Assembly (NCBI GenBank): GCA_030390025.1
Contig: CM059431.1
Coordinates: forward strand, 140,928,001 to 140,992,000
Origin: Squalus acanthias
Taxonomy: Eukaryota
Reading direction: 5' to 3'
Length of the DNA stretch: 64,000 nt
Below the pieces are notes generated by a model that was not told the origin of the DNA, ran no database searches, and saw only the letters and a list, made by a program, of their open reading frames with translations. Positions 44,991 through 59,371 of this stretch are shown here, piece by piece (the stretch's first letter is position 1; every line of letters starts with the position of its first letter). A program made the position numbers and the translations under genes.

Positions 44991-46360
44991 TCCATGATTG
45001 GCCCAAGGATATAATGAGGTCTGGGGCCGAGTGGTCTGGGATAGAGAATTCCAAAGATTCACAAACTTCAATGAAGAAATTGCTCCTCATCTCAGTCTTA
45101 AATGGCCGACCCCTTATCTTGAGACTCTGTCCCCTAGTCCTAGACTCTCCAGCCAGGGAAAGCAACCTCTCAGCATTTACCCTTTCAAGGATCTCAACAT
45201 TGTATGTTTCAATTAGATCACCTCTCATTCCTCTAAACTCCAGAGAGTATAGGCCCATTCTACTCAATCTCTCCGCATAGATCAACCATTTCATCCCAGG
45301 AATCAATCTAGTGAAGCTCCGTTGTCTTTCAGTATCCTCCCATTAATTGTGTATTCCCTTGCCTTTCTGCCCCTCCGCAAATGCATTACCGCACACTTTT
45401 CCGAATTGAATTCCATTTGCCACTTTTCTGCCCAACTGACCAGTTGATCGATATCTTCCTGCAGTATAAAGCTTTCCTCCTCACTGTCAACCTCACGGCC
45501 AGTTTTTGTATCAGCTGCAAATGTATTTATCATGCCCGCTCATTAAAATCTAAATCATTAATAAATATTACAAGAAGTAAGGGACCGTGTACTGAGCCCT
45601 GTAGAACCCCACTGGAAACGGCTTGCCAGTCGCAAAAACTCGCCTCAAATATTACCCTTTGCTTCCTGCCACTGAGGCAATTTTGGATCCAATTTGCCAC
45701 TCACCCTTGGATCCCATGGGCTTTAACTTTTTTGATCAGCCTGCTATTTGGGACCTTGTCAAAAGCCTTGCTGAAATCCATGTAAACTACACAATCGCAC
45801 TGCCCTCATCGACCTTTCCTCTTACCTCCTCAAAGAATTCAAACAATTAGTCAGACACGACCTTCCCTGAACAAAACCATGCTGACTGACCTTGATTAAT
45901 TGGTGTCTTTCTAAATGAAGGTTTATACTGTCCCTCAGAATTGATTCCAATAATTTGCCCGCCACCGAGGTTAAACTAACTGGTCTGTAATTGCTCGGTT
46001 TATCCCTTCCTCCCTTTTTAAACAATGGTACAACGTTAGCAGTTCTCCAATCCTCTGACACCACTCCTGTAGCCAGGGAGGATTGGGAAATGATGGTCAG
46101 AGCCTCCGCAATTTCCTCCCTTGCTTCTTTTAATAGCCTCGGATATATTTCACCCGGCCATGGCGGTTTATTTACTTTCAAGGATGCTAAACCCTTAATA
46201 CTTCTTCTCTTACTGTGTTTATCCCGACCAATATTTCACGATTTCCTCCTTAACTTCAACGTCGGCATCGTCCTCCTCTTTTGTGAATACAGCTGCAAAG
46301 TATTCATTAAGTACCTTCCCCAAATCCTCCACCTCGGCACATAGACCACTATTTTGGTCC
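44990..46360 (-). mobile_element. CR1 ORF2 fragments (decayed)
   Basis: DWRTANVVPLFKKG...[15 protein letters not shown] and LEFRGMRGDLIE. Confidence 0.75.
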
Positions 46361-46364
46361 CTGC

Positions 46365-47068
46365 GGGTCCTAGCACATGAAACACAAAAAGTTAGCATGC
46401 AGGTACAGCAAGTAATTAGGAACGCTAATGCAATGTTGGCCTTTATTGCAAGGGATATGGAGTATGAAAGTAGGAAAGTTTTGATGCAACTTTGCAGGGC
46501 ACAGGTGCGTCCGCACCTGGAGTACTGCATACAGTTTTGTCTCCATATTTGAGGAACGATGTACTTGCGTTGGAGGCAGTGTGGAGAAGGTTCACTCGGT
46601 TGATTCCTGGGATGAAGGGGTTGACGTATGACGAAAGGTTGAGCAGGTTGGGCCTATACTCATTGGTGTTTAGAAGGATGAGAGGTGATCTTATTGAAAC
46701 ATCTAAGATTCTGAGGGGGATTGACAGGGTGGATGCTGAGAGGATGTTTCACCTAGTGGGGGTATCTAGAACTAGGGGGCATCGTTTCAGAATAAGTGGT
46801 CGCCCATTTAAGACGGAAATGAGGAGGAATTTCTTCTCTCAGAGTGTCATGAATCTTTGGAATTCTCTAACTCAGAGAGCTGTGGAGGTGGAGTCATTGA
46901 ATATATTGACAGACATTTGAACTACGAGGGAGTCAAGGGGTATGGGGATAGAGCGGGAAAGTGGTGTTGAGGCCAAGATTGGATCAGCCCTGATCTTATT
47001 GAATGGCGGAGCAGGCTCGAGGGGCCGATTGGCCTACTCCTGCTGCTGTTTCTGATGTTTTCTTATGT
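46365..47068 (+). mobile_element. CR1 3' fragment
   Basis: MQVQQVIRNAN...RRFTRLIPGM plus the CR1 3' UTR. Confidence 0.85.
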
Positions 47069-47069
47069 A

Positions 47070-47280
47070 TCTACCTCGTACTGTACCTGCCCCAGGAGTG
47101 TTTGATGGGACAGTGAAGATGGAGCTTTACTCTTTATCTAGCCCGTCCTGTACCTGCCCTCGGAGTGTTTGAGCGGAGATTGTAGATGGAGCTTTACTCT
47201 GTATCTAACCCGTCCTGTACCTGCCCTCGGAGTGTTTGAGCGGAGATTGCAGATGGAGGTTTATCTCTGTATCTAACCAG
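47070..47280. repeat. 67-bp tandem repeat, about 3 copies
   Basis: ACCTGCCC recurs at 47085, 47152 and 47219. Confidence 0.85.
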
Positions 47281-48314
47281 TTCTGATACAGAACAACGGG
47301 TACTATCCCGTTTTCAGATGATACACTTGGAAAAGTAGATGATACTGATGAGGATGAGATAGCAAGGATGGTGCGATGGGAAGAAGCCTGGCAGAGAAGT
47401 GCGGAGAAGTGTGAAGTGATGCACTTTGGGAGGACTAAAATTGAAAGACAATGAGCTATAAATGGCTCAGTGACAGGAAGCCAATGGTGGAAGTGAATGG
47501 ATGTTTTTTCAGACTGGGGCGAGGGCAGGGGGGTGGGATAGCTGTCCATGGTGTTCATCAAGCGTCAATTTGGGTCTTCAACTATTCACCACATTTATTA
47601 ATGACTCATTGTACAAAGGATGATCCACTTTGGAACCAAGTAAGATAATTCGGAGTATTTTCTAAATGATTGGAAGCTATTAACTTGAGGAGCAAAGAGG
47701 TTTGTGAGTTCCAGTTCACAAATCATTAAAAATGAGTAGACATGTACAAAAATATGTCTGATAAAGTCCGGCATAAGATAAAGTTAGCTAAACTTGATGC
47801 TCGTGGAATTGAAGGCAAATTATTGTCCTGGTTAGGAAATTGGTTGAGTGACAGGATACAGAGTGTACGGATAATGGGCAGGTAATTCAGTTGACAAGAT
47901 ATGACTTGTTGTGTCCCGAGGGTTCTGTGTTGGGGCCTCACCTATTCACCGTATTTATTAACGACTTAGATGATGAGATCGAGAGCCACATATCTAAGTT
48001 GGACGATGACACGTATAGGCTGCATTATAAGCAGTGTAGATGGACGCATTAAATTATATCGAGGTATTAATTGATTAAGTGAATGGGCAAAATTGTGGCA
48101 ATTGGATTTAAGTATTGAGGAAGTTTGTATTAGCTTTGGAGATATTAAGGTGAACTAATAGGGCAGATATATAGAAACAATTTCTGATGGTTGTGAAGTC
48201 TAGGACTAGAGGACAAATCCTCAAAAATTAGAGCCAGGAGTGAAGTTAGGAAATATTTCGACGTGCGAAGGGTGGCAGAAAGTTGGAAATTCTTTTGGCA
48301 AATGGCAGTTTTTC

Positions 48315-49495
48315 AGAGGTGAGGTGAGAGTGACAGCCCTTGGCATCAAGGCAGCATTTGACCGAGTGTGGCATCCAGGCGCACTAGTAAAATTGAAGTC
48401 GATGGTAATCCGGGGTAAAACTCTTCACTTGCTGGAGTCATACCGAGCACAAAGGAAGATGGTTGTTGCTGCTAGAGGCCAATCATTTCAGCCCCAGGAC
48501 AGCGTGCAGGAGATCCTCAGGGCAGTGTCCTGGGACCAAACAACTTCAGCTGCTTCATCAATGACCTTCCCCCCATCATAAGGTCACAAGTGGGGATGTT
48601 CGCTGATGACTGCACAGTGTTCAGCGCCATTCACAACTCCTCAGATAATTAAGCAGTCCATGCCCGCATGCAACAAGACCTGGACGACATTCAGGGTTGT
48701 GTAGATAAGTGGCAAGTAATATTCGCGCCACACAAGTGCCAGACAATGACTACCTCCAATAAGCAAGATTCTAACCACGGTATCTTGAAGTTCAACGTGA
48801 TTATTGTCGCCGAATCCCTGACCATCTACATCTTGTGGGTCACCATTGACCAGAAACTAACCTGGACCAGCCACTTAAATGCTGTGGCTACAAGAGCAGG
48901 TCAGAGGCTGGGTATTCTGCGGCATGTGTGTCACTTCCTTACTCCCCAAAGCCTTTCCATCATCTACAAAGCAGAAGTCAGGAGTGTTGTGGAATACTTT
49001 CCACGTGCCTGGACAAGTGCCACTCCAACAACACTCAAGAAGCTCGGCACCATCCAGGACAAAGCAGCCCGCTTGATTGCCACCCTATCCACCACCTTAA
49101 GCGTTCACTCCCTGTAACACCGGCGCTCCTGCAGTGTGTATCATCTACAAGATACACTGCAGCAACTTGCCAAGGCTTCTTCGAAAGCACCTCCTAAACG
49201 TACGACCTCTACCACCTAGAGGGACAAGGGCAGCAGGTGCATGGGGGCACCATCACCTCCAAGTTCCCTCCATGTAACATATGATCCTGACTTGGAAATA
49301 TATCACCATTCCTCCATCGTTGCTGGGACAAAGTCCTGGAAATCCCTTCCTAACATCAATGTGGGATTACCTTCACCACACGGACTGCAGCGGTTCAACA
49401 AGGTGGCTCACCAACACCCTCTCAAGGGGCATTAGGAATAGGAATTAAATGTTGGCCTTGCCAGCGACGCCCACATCAAAAGAATGAAGAAAGGA
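48315..49495 (+). mobile_element. 3' fragment of the second CR1-clade lineage
   Basis: IKAAFDRVWH, FADD and MQQDLDDI. Tail GGCCTTGCCAGCGACGCCCACATC...GAATGAA. Confidence 0.8.
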
Positions 49496-50689
49496 AGAGT
49501 TATTGGTGAAGATTAAAAAATAAATAAATTGTTATTTTTTAACTTTTTCTTTTGTCACTTGTATCTCACCCTCTCTCCTAATCACATCTTTGTTTTCTCT
49601 CATTTTTTCGGTCTTTGTACATGATTGGTCACTGAATTAACTATTATAATATACACTGCCTGGTTCAGACCCTGAGAGGCTAAGTAAGGATTCTTTAATC
49701 TGATTGGTTGAGGAGTTGCACAGTTGCTTGCCCTGTTCATCCGGGTCCCAGATCCCCTGTAGAGGGCGCCGCGCTGTTTTGGATTTCTAATCACCGCAAC
49801 TTCCAGAGCAAAAGCCCGGAGAAAATCTGTTGTCAATAGGAAGTGTAATGAACGGCGAGCGCCGTCAGTTCACTGCTGACTGCAAAATCCGGGCCAAAAT
49901 TTAGGACAGACGACCAAACCTTGATCACGCAGGTTGTTTTTAAGGAGCGTCTTAAAGGAGGAGTGAGAGGTGGAGAGCTTTAGGGAGGTAATGCCAGAGT
50001 TTAAGGACCAGACAGCTGTGGGCACGGCCACCAAAGGAGGGCCGAAGAATGTGATGGATGCACAAGAGGCTGGAGTAGGAGCAACTCAGATTGCTCGGAG
50101 ACATTAAAAAGCAAACCTGTCCATCTCTACTCTTGGAAGGCAGTAACTGCACATTATTGGTCTTGTAGAGCTGGGGGAGGTTACAGAGATAGGGAGGGGC
50201 GAGTCAATGATGGAACATTTTCAAATCGAGACGTTTCTGGACCGGGAACCAGTGTAGATCAGCGGGCACAGAGTTGACCTGTGATTCGGAGTTAGTGCGA
50301 ATTATGTTAGAGACAGCAGTGTTTTGGATGAGGTCATGTTTATGGAGAGTGGAAGATTCGAGGCAGTTCAGGAGAGCCTTGGCTAAGACAAGTCTGGAGG
50401 TGACAAAGATATGAATGTGGAATTGGTGCCAGATGGAGCGGAACTGATCGATGTGACACAGTGTTTCTGATGAACAGTATCTGGTGTCAGAAGCTCAGCT
50501 CAGGGTCAAACATGTCAGTGAGGTGCACAACAGTCCGCTTCAACCTGAGACACATGGCCAGGGAGGGGGATGCGCAGTGCCTGATGTTCAGTTCCATTGA
50601 CTGCAACAGAATGGTATATCAGGTGCTGCGTTCAACGGCGAGCGATCCAATTCCGTCCGCTTTGAACCACCGCCCGAGACGAATAGTGA

Positions 50690-51372
50690 CTGTTTAATTA
50701 GAAACAGTGAAGAGGGGAAGTTAGGGGAACACAGTAACTGTTTAATTAGACACAGAGAACAGGGGAAGTAAGGGGAATACGGTAACTGTTTAATTAGAAA
50801 TAGAGAACAGGGGAAGTAATGGGAACACGGTAACTGTTTTATTAGAAAAAGTGAACAGGGGAAGTAAGGGGAACACAGTAACTTTAATTAGAAAGAGAGA
50901 ACAGGGGAAGTAAGGGGAACACGGTAACTGTTTAATTAGAAAGAGAGAACAGGGGAAGTAAGGGGATCACAGTAACTGTTTAATTAGAAACAAAGAACAG
51001 GGGAAGTTTGGGGAACACGGTATCTGTTTAATTAGAAGCAGTGAACAGGGGAACTTGGGGAACACAGTAACTGTTTAATTAGAAAGAGCGTACAGGGCAA
51101 GTAAGGGGAACACGGTAACTGTTTAATTAGAAACAGAGAACAGGGGAGGTAAGGGGAACACGGTAACTGTTTAATTAGAAACAGAGAACAGGGGAAGCAA
51201 GGGGAACACGGTAACTGTTTAGTTAGAGATAGCAGACAGGACGATAATGGAGAACACAACAACTGTTTAAATAGAAATAGAAGACTGGGAAGTTTAGCGG
51301 TAAACAGTAAATGTTTATTTGGAAATAGAGAACAGGAGAAGAAAGAGGAACACGGCAACTTTTCAATTAGAA
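50690..51372. repeat. 48-bp purine-skewed minisatellite, about 14 copies
   Basis: Unit CTGTTTAATTAGAAACAGAGAACAGGGGAAGTAAGGGGAACACGGTAA. Confidence 0.95.
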
Positions 51373-52889
51373 ATAGAGGCAGAAGTAGGGGTCTTCAAAT
51401 ATCCTAATATAGACTAGGATAGTAATCGTGTGAAGGGCAGGGAGGGGAACGAATTTCTGAAGTGTGTTCAGGAGAACTTTCTTAATTAGTATGCTTCCAG
51501 CCCAACGAGGAAGGGGACATTGCTAAATCTGGTTCTGGGGGATGAGGTGAGTCAAGTGGAGCAATGTCTGTAGGGGAACATTGAAGGAACAGTGATCATA
51601 GAATCAGAAGGTTTAGATTAGATATAGAAAAGTAAAGGGAGCAATCTACAGTAAAAAATACTTATTTGGAGGTAGGCCAATTTCAGTGGGTTGAGAACTG
51701 ATCTGGCCCGGGTAAATTGGAATCAAGCATTGGCAGGCAAAACTGTAATTGAACAAGGGGCTGCCTTTAAAGAGGAGATGGTTTGGGTACTGTCGTGGTA
51801 CCTTCCCACAAGGGGGAACGGTAGCACAACCAAAGCCAGAGCTCCTTGGATGATGAAAGAGATAGAGAATAAGATGAAGCCAAAAAAAGGGGGAGTATGA
51901 CTGATGTCTGGTTGAGAATAAAAGTGAGAACGAGGCTGAAGATATAATGTTCAGGGGAGAAGTGAAAAAGTAAATAAGAGGGGCAAAGACAGAGTATGAG
52001 AATAGACTGGCAGCTAACATAAAATGGAATCCAAAAGTCTTATATAGGCATATAAATAATAAACCGGTAGTAAGAGTAGGGGTGGGGCTGATTAGGGATC
52101 AAAAGGAGGAACTACACATGGAAGCAGAGGGCATGGCTGAGGTACTCAATGAATACTTTGCATCTGTCATTACCAAGGAAGAAATGCTGCCAAAGTCATA
52201 GCGAAAGGGGAGGTAGATGAGATACTGGATGGAATAAAAATTACTAAAGAGGCGGTAGTGAAATGGCTGGCAGAACATTAAGTAGATAAGTCACCTGGAC
52301 GGGATGGGATGCATCCTAGGATACTGAGGGAGGTAATGGTGGAAATTGCGGAGGTACTGGCCATAATCTTCCAATCCTCTTTAGATTCAGGGGTGATGCC
52401 AGAGGAAAGGAGACTTGCAAATGTTACACCCTTGTTCCAAAAAAGGCTGGAAGGATAAACCCAGCAAATACAGACCAGCCAGTTTAACCCCGATAGTGGG
52501 GAAGCTTTTAGAAACGATAATCCGGAACATAAGCAACAGTAACTTGGACAAGTGTAGATTAACTAAGGAAAGCCAGCACGGATTTGTCAAAGGCAGATCG
52601 TGTTTAATTAAATTGATTAGTTTTTTGATGAGGTAAGAGAGAGGGTTGATGAGGGCAATGCGGTTGATGTGGTTTACATGGACTTCCAAAAGGCGTTTGA
52701 TAAATTGCCAGATAATAGGATTTCCAGAAAAATTGAAGCCCATGGAATAAAAGGGACAGTGGCAGCATGGTACGAAATTGGCTAAGTGACAGTACACAGA
52801 GAGTAGTGTTGAACGGTTGTTTTTCAGACTGGTGGAAAGTAAGCAGTGGTGCTCCACAGGCGCCGGTACCAGGACCACTGCTTTACTTG

Positions 52890-53412
52890 TCAGTCAGGGG
52901 CATTCAGCCTCAGATCTGCGGGTAAGCGTTCCCAAAGGCGGCCTTCGGGATACACGACAGCGCAAAATCATAGAGCAGAAACTGATAGCCAAGTTCCGCA
53001 CTCATGAGGATGGCCTCAATCGCGATATCGGGTTCATGTCACGATACAGAACGTGACTTGACATCATGGCCGGTCTTTCCAGGTTTTTTTTAAAAAACTA
53101 ACACAAAAACCAAACACAAATGGAGAGGATATGCAGCCAGCAGGTGTTTTGACACGTTGGACCCCCTGGGACACATCTCATTGTCTTGGCTGTGCTCTTA
53201 GTGTATCTTTGATGTAGGGAAAGATTTGAAAACATTTTTCCTGTGTTTATATTGTGAATTCTGGGAGATTCTCTCACAGCTACCCTACCTGAAGAAGGAG
53301 CGACAGCTCCGAAAGCTTGTAATTTTAAATAAATCTGTTGGACTATAACCTGGTGTTGTGCGACTTCTCATTTTTGTCCACCCCAGTCCAACGCCGGCAT
53401 CTCCACATCATG
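52890..53412 (+). mobile_element. Penelope-like 3' fragment (second family)
   Basis: GIY-YIG C-terminus ...QRKIIEQKLIAKFRTHEDGLNRD. Probable TSD ACTTG at 52885-52889 and 53413-53417. Confidence 0.8.
53286..53321 (+). ncRNA. Minimal type I hammerhead ribozyme motif
   Basis: TAC-CTGAAGA-A-GGAGC(GACA)GCTCC-GAAA-GC-TT-GTA. Confidence 0.7.
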
Positions 53413-54344
53413 ACTTGCTATATATTAAGGACTTGGGCTTGTGTATACAGGGCACAATTCCAAAAATTTCAAATGACACAAAACTTGGAAGTATAGTGAA
53501 CAGTGAGGAGGAGAGTGATAGACTTCAAGAAGACATAGACAGCTGAGGGAATCGGTGGATACCTGGCAGATGAAATTTAATGCAGAAGCATGCGATTGAT
53601 ACATTTCGGTAGGAAGAATGAAAAGAGGCAATATAAACTAAAGGGTACAATTCCAAAGGGGGTGCATGAACAGAGCAACCTGGGGATATATATGCACAAA
53701 TCGTTGAAGGTAGAAGGGTAGGTTAAGAATGCAGGATCCTGGGCTTCATAAATAGAGGCACAGTGTAGAAAAGCACGGAAGTTATGATGAACCTTTACAA
53801 AAAACTATTTCGATCCCAACTGCAGGATTGTGTCCAATTAATGGCACCGCACTTTAGGAAGGATGTGAAGGCCTTAGTGAGGATACAGAAAAGATTTACA
53901 AGCATGGTTCCATGTATGAGGGACTTCAGTTACATGGATAGACTGGAGAAGCTGGGGTTGTTCTCCTTAGAGCAGAGAAGTTTGAGAGGAGATTCATAGA
54001 GGTGTTGAAAATCATGAGGTGTATAGTCTGATTAATAGCGGGAAACTGTTCCCAATGGCGGAAACGTCCAGAACCAGAGGACACAGCTTTAATGTGATTG
54101 GCAGAAGAACCAAAGACGACATAAAAATTATGCAACGTGTGGTTATGGTCTGGAAGGCCCTGCCTGAAAGGGTGATAGAGGCAGATTCAATCGTGGCTTT
54201 CAAAATGGAATTGGAAAAGTACGTGAAGGAAAAAATATTAGGGCTACGGTGACAAGGAAGGGGATTGGATCTAGTTGCAGTTCTCTTGCAGGCTGGACGG
54301 GCCGACTGGCCTCATTATATGCGCGTAAATTTCTATGATTTTAT

Positions 54345-54590
54345 TATTGTCCTTTGCAATGGAATAGCACTTTACAATGGAGTAGAACTTTGCAATATAA
54401 TAGTCCTTTGCAATGGAATAGCACTTTGCAATATAATAGTCGTTTGCAATGAAATAGCACCTTGCAATGGACAAGTCCTTTGCAATGGAATAGCACTTTG
54501 CAATATAATAGTTCTTTGCAATGAAATAGCACCTTGCAATGCAATAGTCCTTTGGAATAGAATAGCACATTGCAATATAATTGCGCTTTG
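54345..54590. repeat. 18-bp minisatellite
   Basis: Unit CTTTGCAATGGAATAGCA and variants, about 13 copies. Confidence 0.9.
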
Positions 54591-54879
54591 CGGCGGACTC
54601 GAATTTTAAATGGGCGCCACTTGTGTTGCAGGATGGGGTCCCGCCCCGCTGCTTTCTGCCATTGTCTGGAGCCGCTCATAGGCTGTGCTGCTGCTCACAC
54701 ATACTCAGGCAGGCAGCACATGGTTCAGGAAGGAAGGAAGGAAGGAATGGTGGCTGCAGATCGCCAGCTCGGCTCCTGTATGTGAGTGAGTGAGTGTGGA
54801 GCTCAGGACCACAAGAGGCTGGGGGATTGGAGGGGGTGAAAATGCATGTAGGGGCTGATTGACGCCCCAGGAGATGAGC

Positions 54880-56236
54880 ATGGAGGGAGGGTGAAAAGAA
54901 GCAAATACAATAAAGAATAAAGAATAATAATAATAACTTATGTACTTTACTTCTGTAAACGAAATGTCTGTCTGTCTGTGATTTGAGTGGAGTGGAATAA
55001 AATGAATGGAAAGCTCCCACAGCAGCTTTTGCTCTGAAAACACTCCACAAACATTAGCCAATAAATCCGACTCCAGAAAAACATCAAATGTATTATTTTG
55101 AAAATAATAATAAAATAAATATAACATATATACATTTGTTTTTACAAAAGTCTTGTCTTGTCTTGGTTGGGTTCGGAATTAAAGGGGGAGTAAGGTCACA
55201 TAGCAGGATATGCTCTGACACTTCTGACAAACATTCCCCGATAAAGTCCAGCCCAGAAAAAAATCATATGGCTTGGGGTATATATGTAGCTTTGAGTTTT
55301 ACAAGTCTTGAAAGAAAGGCAAAGTAAGATCCCACAGCTGTGCGGTCTTGAATTAAATCAGTATAATCTAATGGTGTATACTTCCTGCTTTTTTCAGCCA
55401 TGAGATGCAGTACCAATGCACACGGCAGATAACTTGAATACAGACAAGCCCTGCATACACAGCAGCTTTTGCTGTCACTCTCTCTCTCTCACTCAAACAC
55501 AGGTCAGCCTGCAAAATTGCCACACAACACTGTCAGCAATGAAAGCAAGTTGAGTTCTCTAATTGCTCTGCTGTGTTTGGCAGTTTAAAAGCAAAAAAAC
55601 AATTGTCAGTATCTAATCTTTTCATTTTGTGGCCTACAGAATTAAGCTTTCTATTCTGCATCAAAAGCAAAATACTAACGATGCTGGAAATCTGAAATTA
55701 AAACAGAAAATGCTTGAAATACTCAGCAGGCCAGGCAGCATTTGTGGAGAGAGAGAGAAACAGTGTTAATGTTTCAGCTCGATGACCTTTCGTGAGATTC
55801 TGGCAAGGTTCTGACGACAGGTCATTGAACTGAAATGTTAACTCTGTGTGTCTCTCTCTCCACAGATGCTGCCTGACCTGCTGAGTATTTCCAGCATTTG
55901 CTGTTTTGAGTTCTATTCTGCCTGTTGTCTTGATTTCATGTGTCTCTCTCACTGCCTGCCTGCCTTGTCTTGTTTTTAGTGGAGTGGAATAAAAAGAATG
56001 CAAAGATCCCAGAGCAGCTTTTACTGTCAGGCAGTCCACAAAGACATTTTTCAGTATCTCACTGACTGACTGTCTGTCTTGAAGTGAAGTGAAGTGAAAT
56101 AAAGTGCAGTAAAGTGATACACCGCAGCATTAAATGTGGACCAGGCAAGAATGAAATCAATAGGGTTTAATACAACAACAGCAGATAATAAGAAAGCAGA
56201 CCACATCTCGCACAAACACCAGCTTTTGCTCTCTCC

Positions 56237-56274
<38 letters not shown>

Positions 56275-58810
56275 GACCCTGGCCAGCCTGCAGAGGGATG
56301 ACTGCCGTGTTGGAAAATTAAACCAAAAATACTCTTTTCTGTACCGTATCATTTCACTTTGTGGACTACAGAAACAGGCTTTCTATTCTGCATCTGCCTT
56401 TTGATTTAATGTCTCGCTCTGTCACTGGCTGTCTGTCGGTCTGTCTCTAACTCACATACTCTCCCTCCCATCCACATTGAACTAAAACTTACAGTGACAT
56501 TACTCACGGACTCACACAAACTCTGAATTTGCAGAAACACAGACACCCACTCACATACAGACTCACTCACACAGACACTGCAATTTGCAGAAACACACAC
56601 TCATACATCCATTTTGAAAGGGGTGCAGCCCGGGTGTGTTAATTTTTGATGATGTCCCTTCCTGGCTGTGTGGCCATGTTTGATGAGGGCAATCCAACAG
56701 GAAGAATTGAAGCCGAGGCCCCAGAAATCCGGGTCCCTGAGAGGAAATGAAAGCCCAGAGGATGAAAGGAAGGAAATAAAATCAGGAAGAAATAATAATA
56801 TATATACTTTGCTTTTATAAACGAAATGGCTGCCTGTCTGTCACTTGAGTGGACTGGAATAAAATGAAGGAAAATATCCCAGAGCAGCTTTTACTGTCGG
56901 ACAGTCCACAAAGACATTTTTCAGTATCTCACTGACTGACTCTCTGTCTTGAAATGAAGTGAAATAAAGTGCAATGAAGTGATACACAGCAGCATTACAT
57001 GTGGAGCAGGCCAGAAGGAAATCAATAGGGTTTAATACAACAACAGCAGGTAATAAGACACCAGACAGACACAAACACGAGCTTCTGCCCACTCTCTCTC
57101 TCTCACACACACACTCCCAGCCTGGCCAGCCTGCAGAGGGATGACTGCCGCATTGGAAGATTAAAACCAAAAAGACACTTTTCAGTATCTTATCTTTTCA
57201 CTTTGTGGCCGACAGAAACAGGCTTTCTATTCTGCAACTTGCCTTTTGATTTCATGTCTCTCTCACTCTCACGGACTGTCTGTCTCTCTGTCACTCACAC
57301 AGTCTCCCTCCGACCCACATTGAATTAAAATTTACAGTAACATGACACACACACTCACACAGACGCTGCAATTTTAAGACTCACAGACACCCACGCATAT
57401 ACAGACACACTCACACAGACTCTGCAATTTGCAGAAACACAGACACACACTCATATACATGCACACTCAGACAGACACTGCAATTTGCAGAAACTCACAC
57501 TCACACACACATCCATTTTGAAAGGGGTGCAGCCTGGGAGTGTCTATTTTTTATGATGTCCCTTCCTGGCTCTGCGGCCATGTTTGATGAGGACAAGCCA
57601 ACCGGAAGAGGTGAAGCCAACGCCGCAAACATCCGGGTCCCCAAGAGGAAATGAACGACCGGGAGTGTGAAAAGAAGGAAATACAATCAGGGATAAATAA
57701 TAATATATCTACTTTACTTTTGTTAACTAAATGTCTGCCTGTCTGTGATTTGCGTGGAAAGGAATAAAATGAATGGAATGATCCCACAGCAGATTTTGCT
57801 CTGAAAACACCCCAAGCCCATTCCCCAATAAACGCCAGTCCCGAAAAATATGAAATGGATTATGCTGAAAATACTTTAAAAAATCAATAATATATATATA
57901 CTTTGTTTTTACAAAAACTTGACTTGGTTTGGTTGGGTTGGGCTTAATGGTAGAGTAAGATCCCACCACAGGATATGCTCTGAAACACCCCACAAAAACT
58001 CCACCATAAAGTCCAGTCCAGAAAAAATCAATTGGCTTGAATTATATATGTAGCTTTGATTTTTACAAAAGTCTTGAAATAAAGGCAAAGTTAGATCCCA
58101 CAGCATTGCAGTCTGGAATTAATTCAGTATGATCTAATGGTGTATCCTTCCTCTTTTTTTCAGACATGAGATGCAATATCAATGCACACAGCTTGAACTC
58201 AGTCAAGCCCTATATATACACCCGCATTTGCTGTCTCTCTCTCTCTCACACACATACACACACACACACACACAGGCCAGCCTGCAAAATTGCCACACAA
58301 CACTCTCAGCAATTAAAGAAAGTTAATTTCTCTCATTGCTCTGCTGTGTTCGGCAGTTTAAAAGCAAAAATACACTTTTCAGTATCTTATCTTTTCATTT
58401 TGCGGCCTACAGATACAGGCTTTTTATTCTGCATCAACCGCAAAATACTGCTGATGCTGGAAATGGGAATAAAAACTGAAAATGCAGGAAATACTCAGCA
58501 GGTGATTCAGCATCTGTGGAGAGAGAGAGAAACAGAGTTAACGTTTCAGCTCGATTACCTTTCGTCAGATTCTGTCAAGGTTCTGAGGAAAGGTCATCGA
58601 CCTGAAACATTAACTCTGTTTTTCTCTCTCCGCAGATGCTGCCTGACCTGCTGAGTATTTCCAGCATTTTCTGTTTTGATTTCTATTCTGCATGTTGTCT
58701 TGATTTCATGTGTCTCTCTCGCTGCCTGCCTGTCTGTCTGTCTTGTCTTGATTTGTGAGGAGGGAAATTAGAAGAATGCAAAGATCCCACATCAGCTTTT
58801 TACTGTCAGA
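54880..58810. repeat. Complex diverged tandem duplication (about 2.8-kb period with an internal repeat of about 0.85 kb)
   Basis: About 54900-56035 matches about 57680-58810, and about 55960-56780 matches about 56850-57680. Both long copies include a palindromic Penelope-end element (about 55666-55910 and 58440-58680). Confidence 0.8.
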
Positions 58811-58819
58811 CCTACTTCA

Positions 58820-58928
58820 TAGGGGACCGAACGAGGCCTCGTCCAGAGGGGACCGACCGAGGCCTCCTCCAGAGGGGACCGACCGAAACCTCATCCTGAG
58901 GTGACTGACCGAGATCTCCCTCAGAGGG
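58820..58928. repeat. 26-bp tandem repeat, about 4 copies
   Basis: GGGGACCGACCGAGGCCTCCTCCAGA and variants. Confidence 0.8.
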
Positions 58929-59371
58929 GAAGAAGGTGGGATGTACTTTAGAGAAACGTTTATTTAATATATTAAAACAATGAATACAGTTATTGAAAAA
59001 GTCGAGGAGACCAGGCGTGAGCTGAAGTAAGCGGTGGAGTTTTATTAACACAACACAGGGACAACAACAATAACTTGCATTTATATAGCGTCTTTAATGT
59101 AATGAAACGACACAAGGCAATTAGCAGACAAAATTCGACACTGAGCCACATAAAGAGATTTGAGGAGAGATGGCCCAAAGCTCGGTGAAAATGGTAGGTT
59201 TTTAAAAGCGCTTAAAGGAGGCGGAGAGAGAGGTAGAGCTGCGAAAAGGTTTAGGGAAAGAATACCAGAGTTTAGGGCCTTGGCAGCTGAAGTCATGGCA
59301 CCAATGTGGAGCAAAGTAAATCCAGGATGTGCAACAGGTCAGAGGAGTGGAGAGATCTCGGAGGGTCGTTG

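Larger units (their letters stand above)
51385..54340 (+). mobile_element. CR1 ORF2, decayed, interrupted by a Penelope fragment
   Basis: YRPASLT, SQHGFVKGRSC and MDFQKAFD motifs plus the 3' UTR. Confidence 0.8.

Noticed and set aside
50572..50631. 60-nt hairpin resembling a pre-miRNA
   Set aside because: The 16-bp stem depends on several G-U pairs, and the CCATTGAC..AATGG core resembles MITE internal palindromes. I recognise no known miRNA here.
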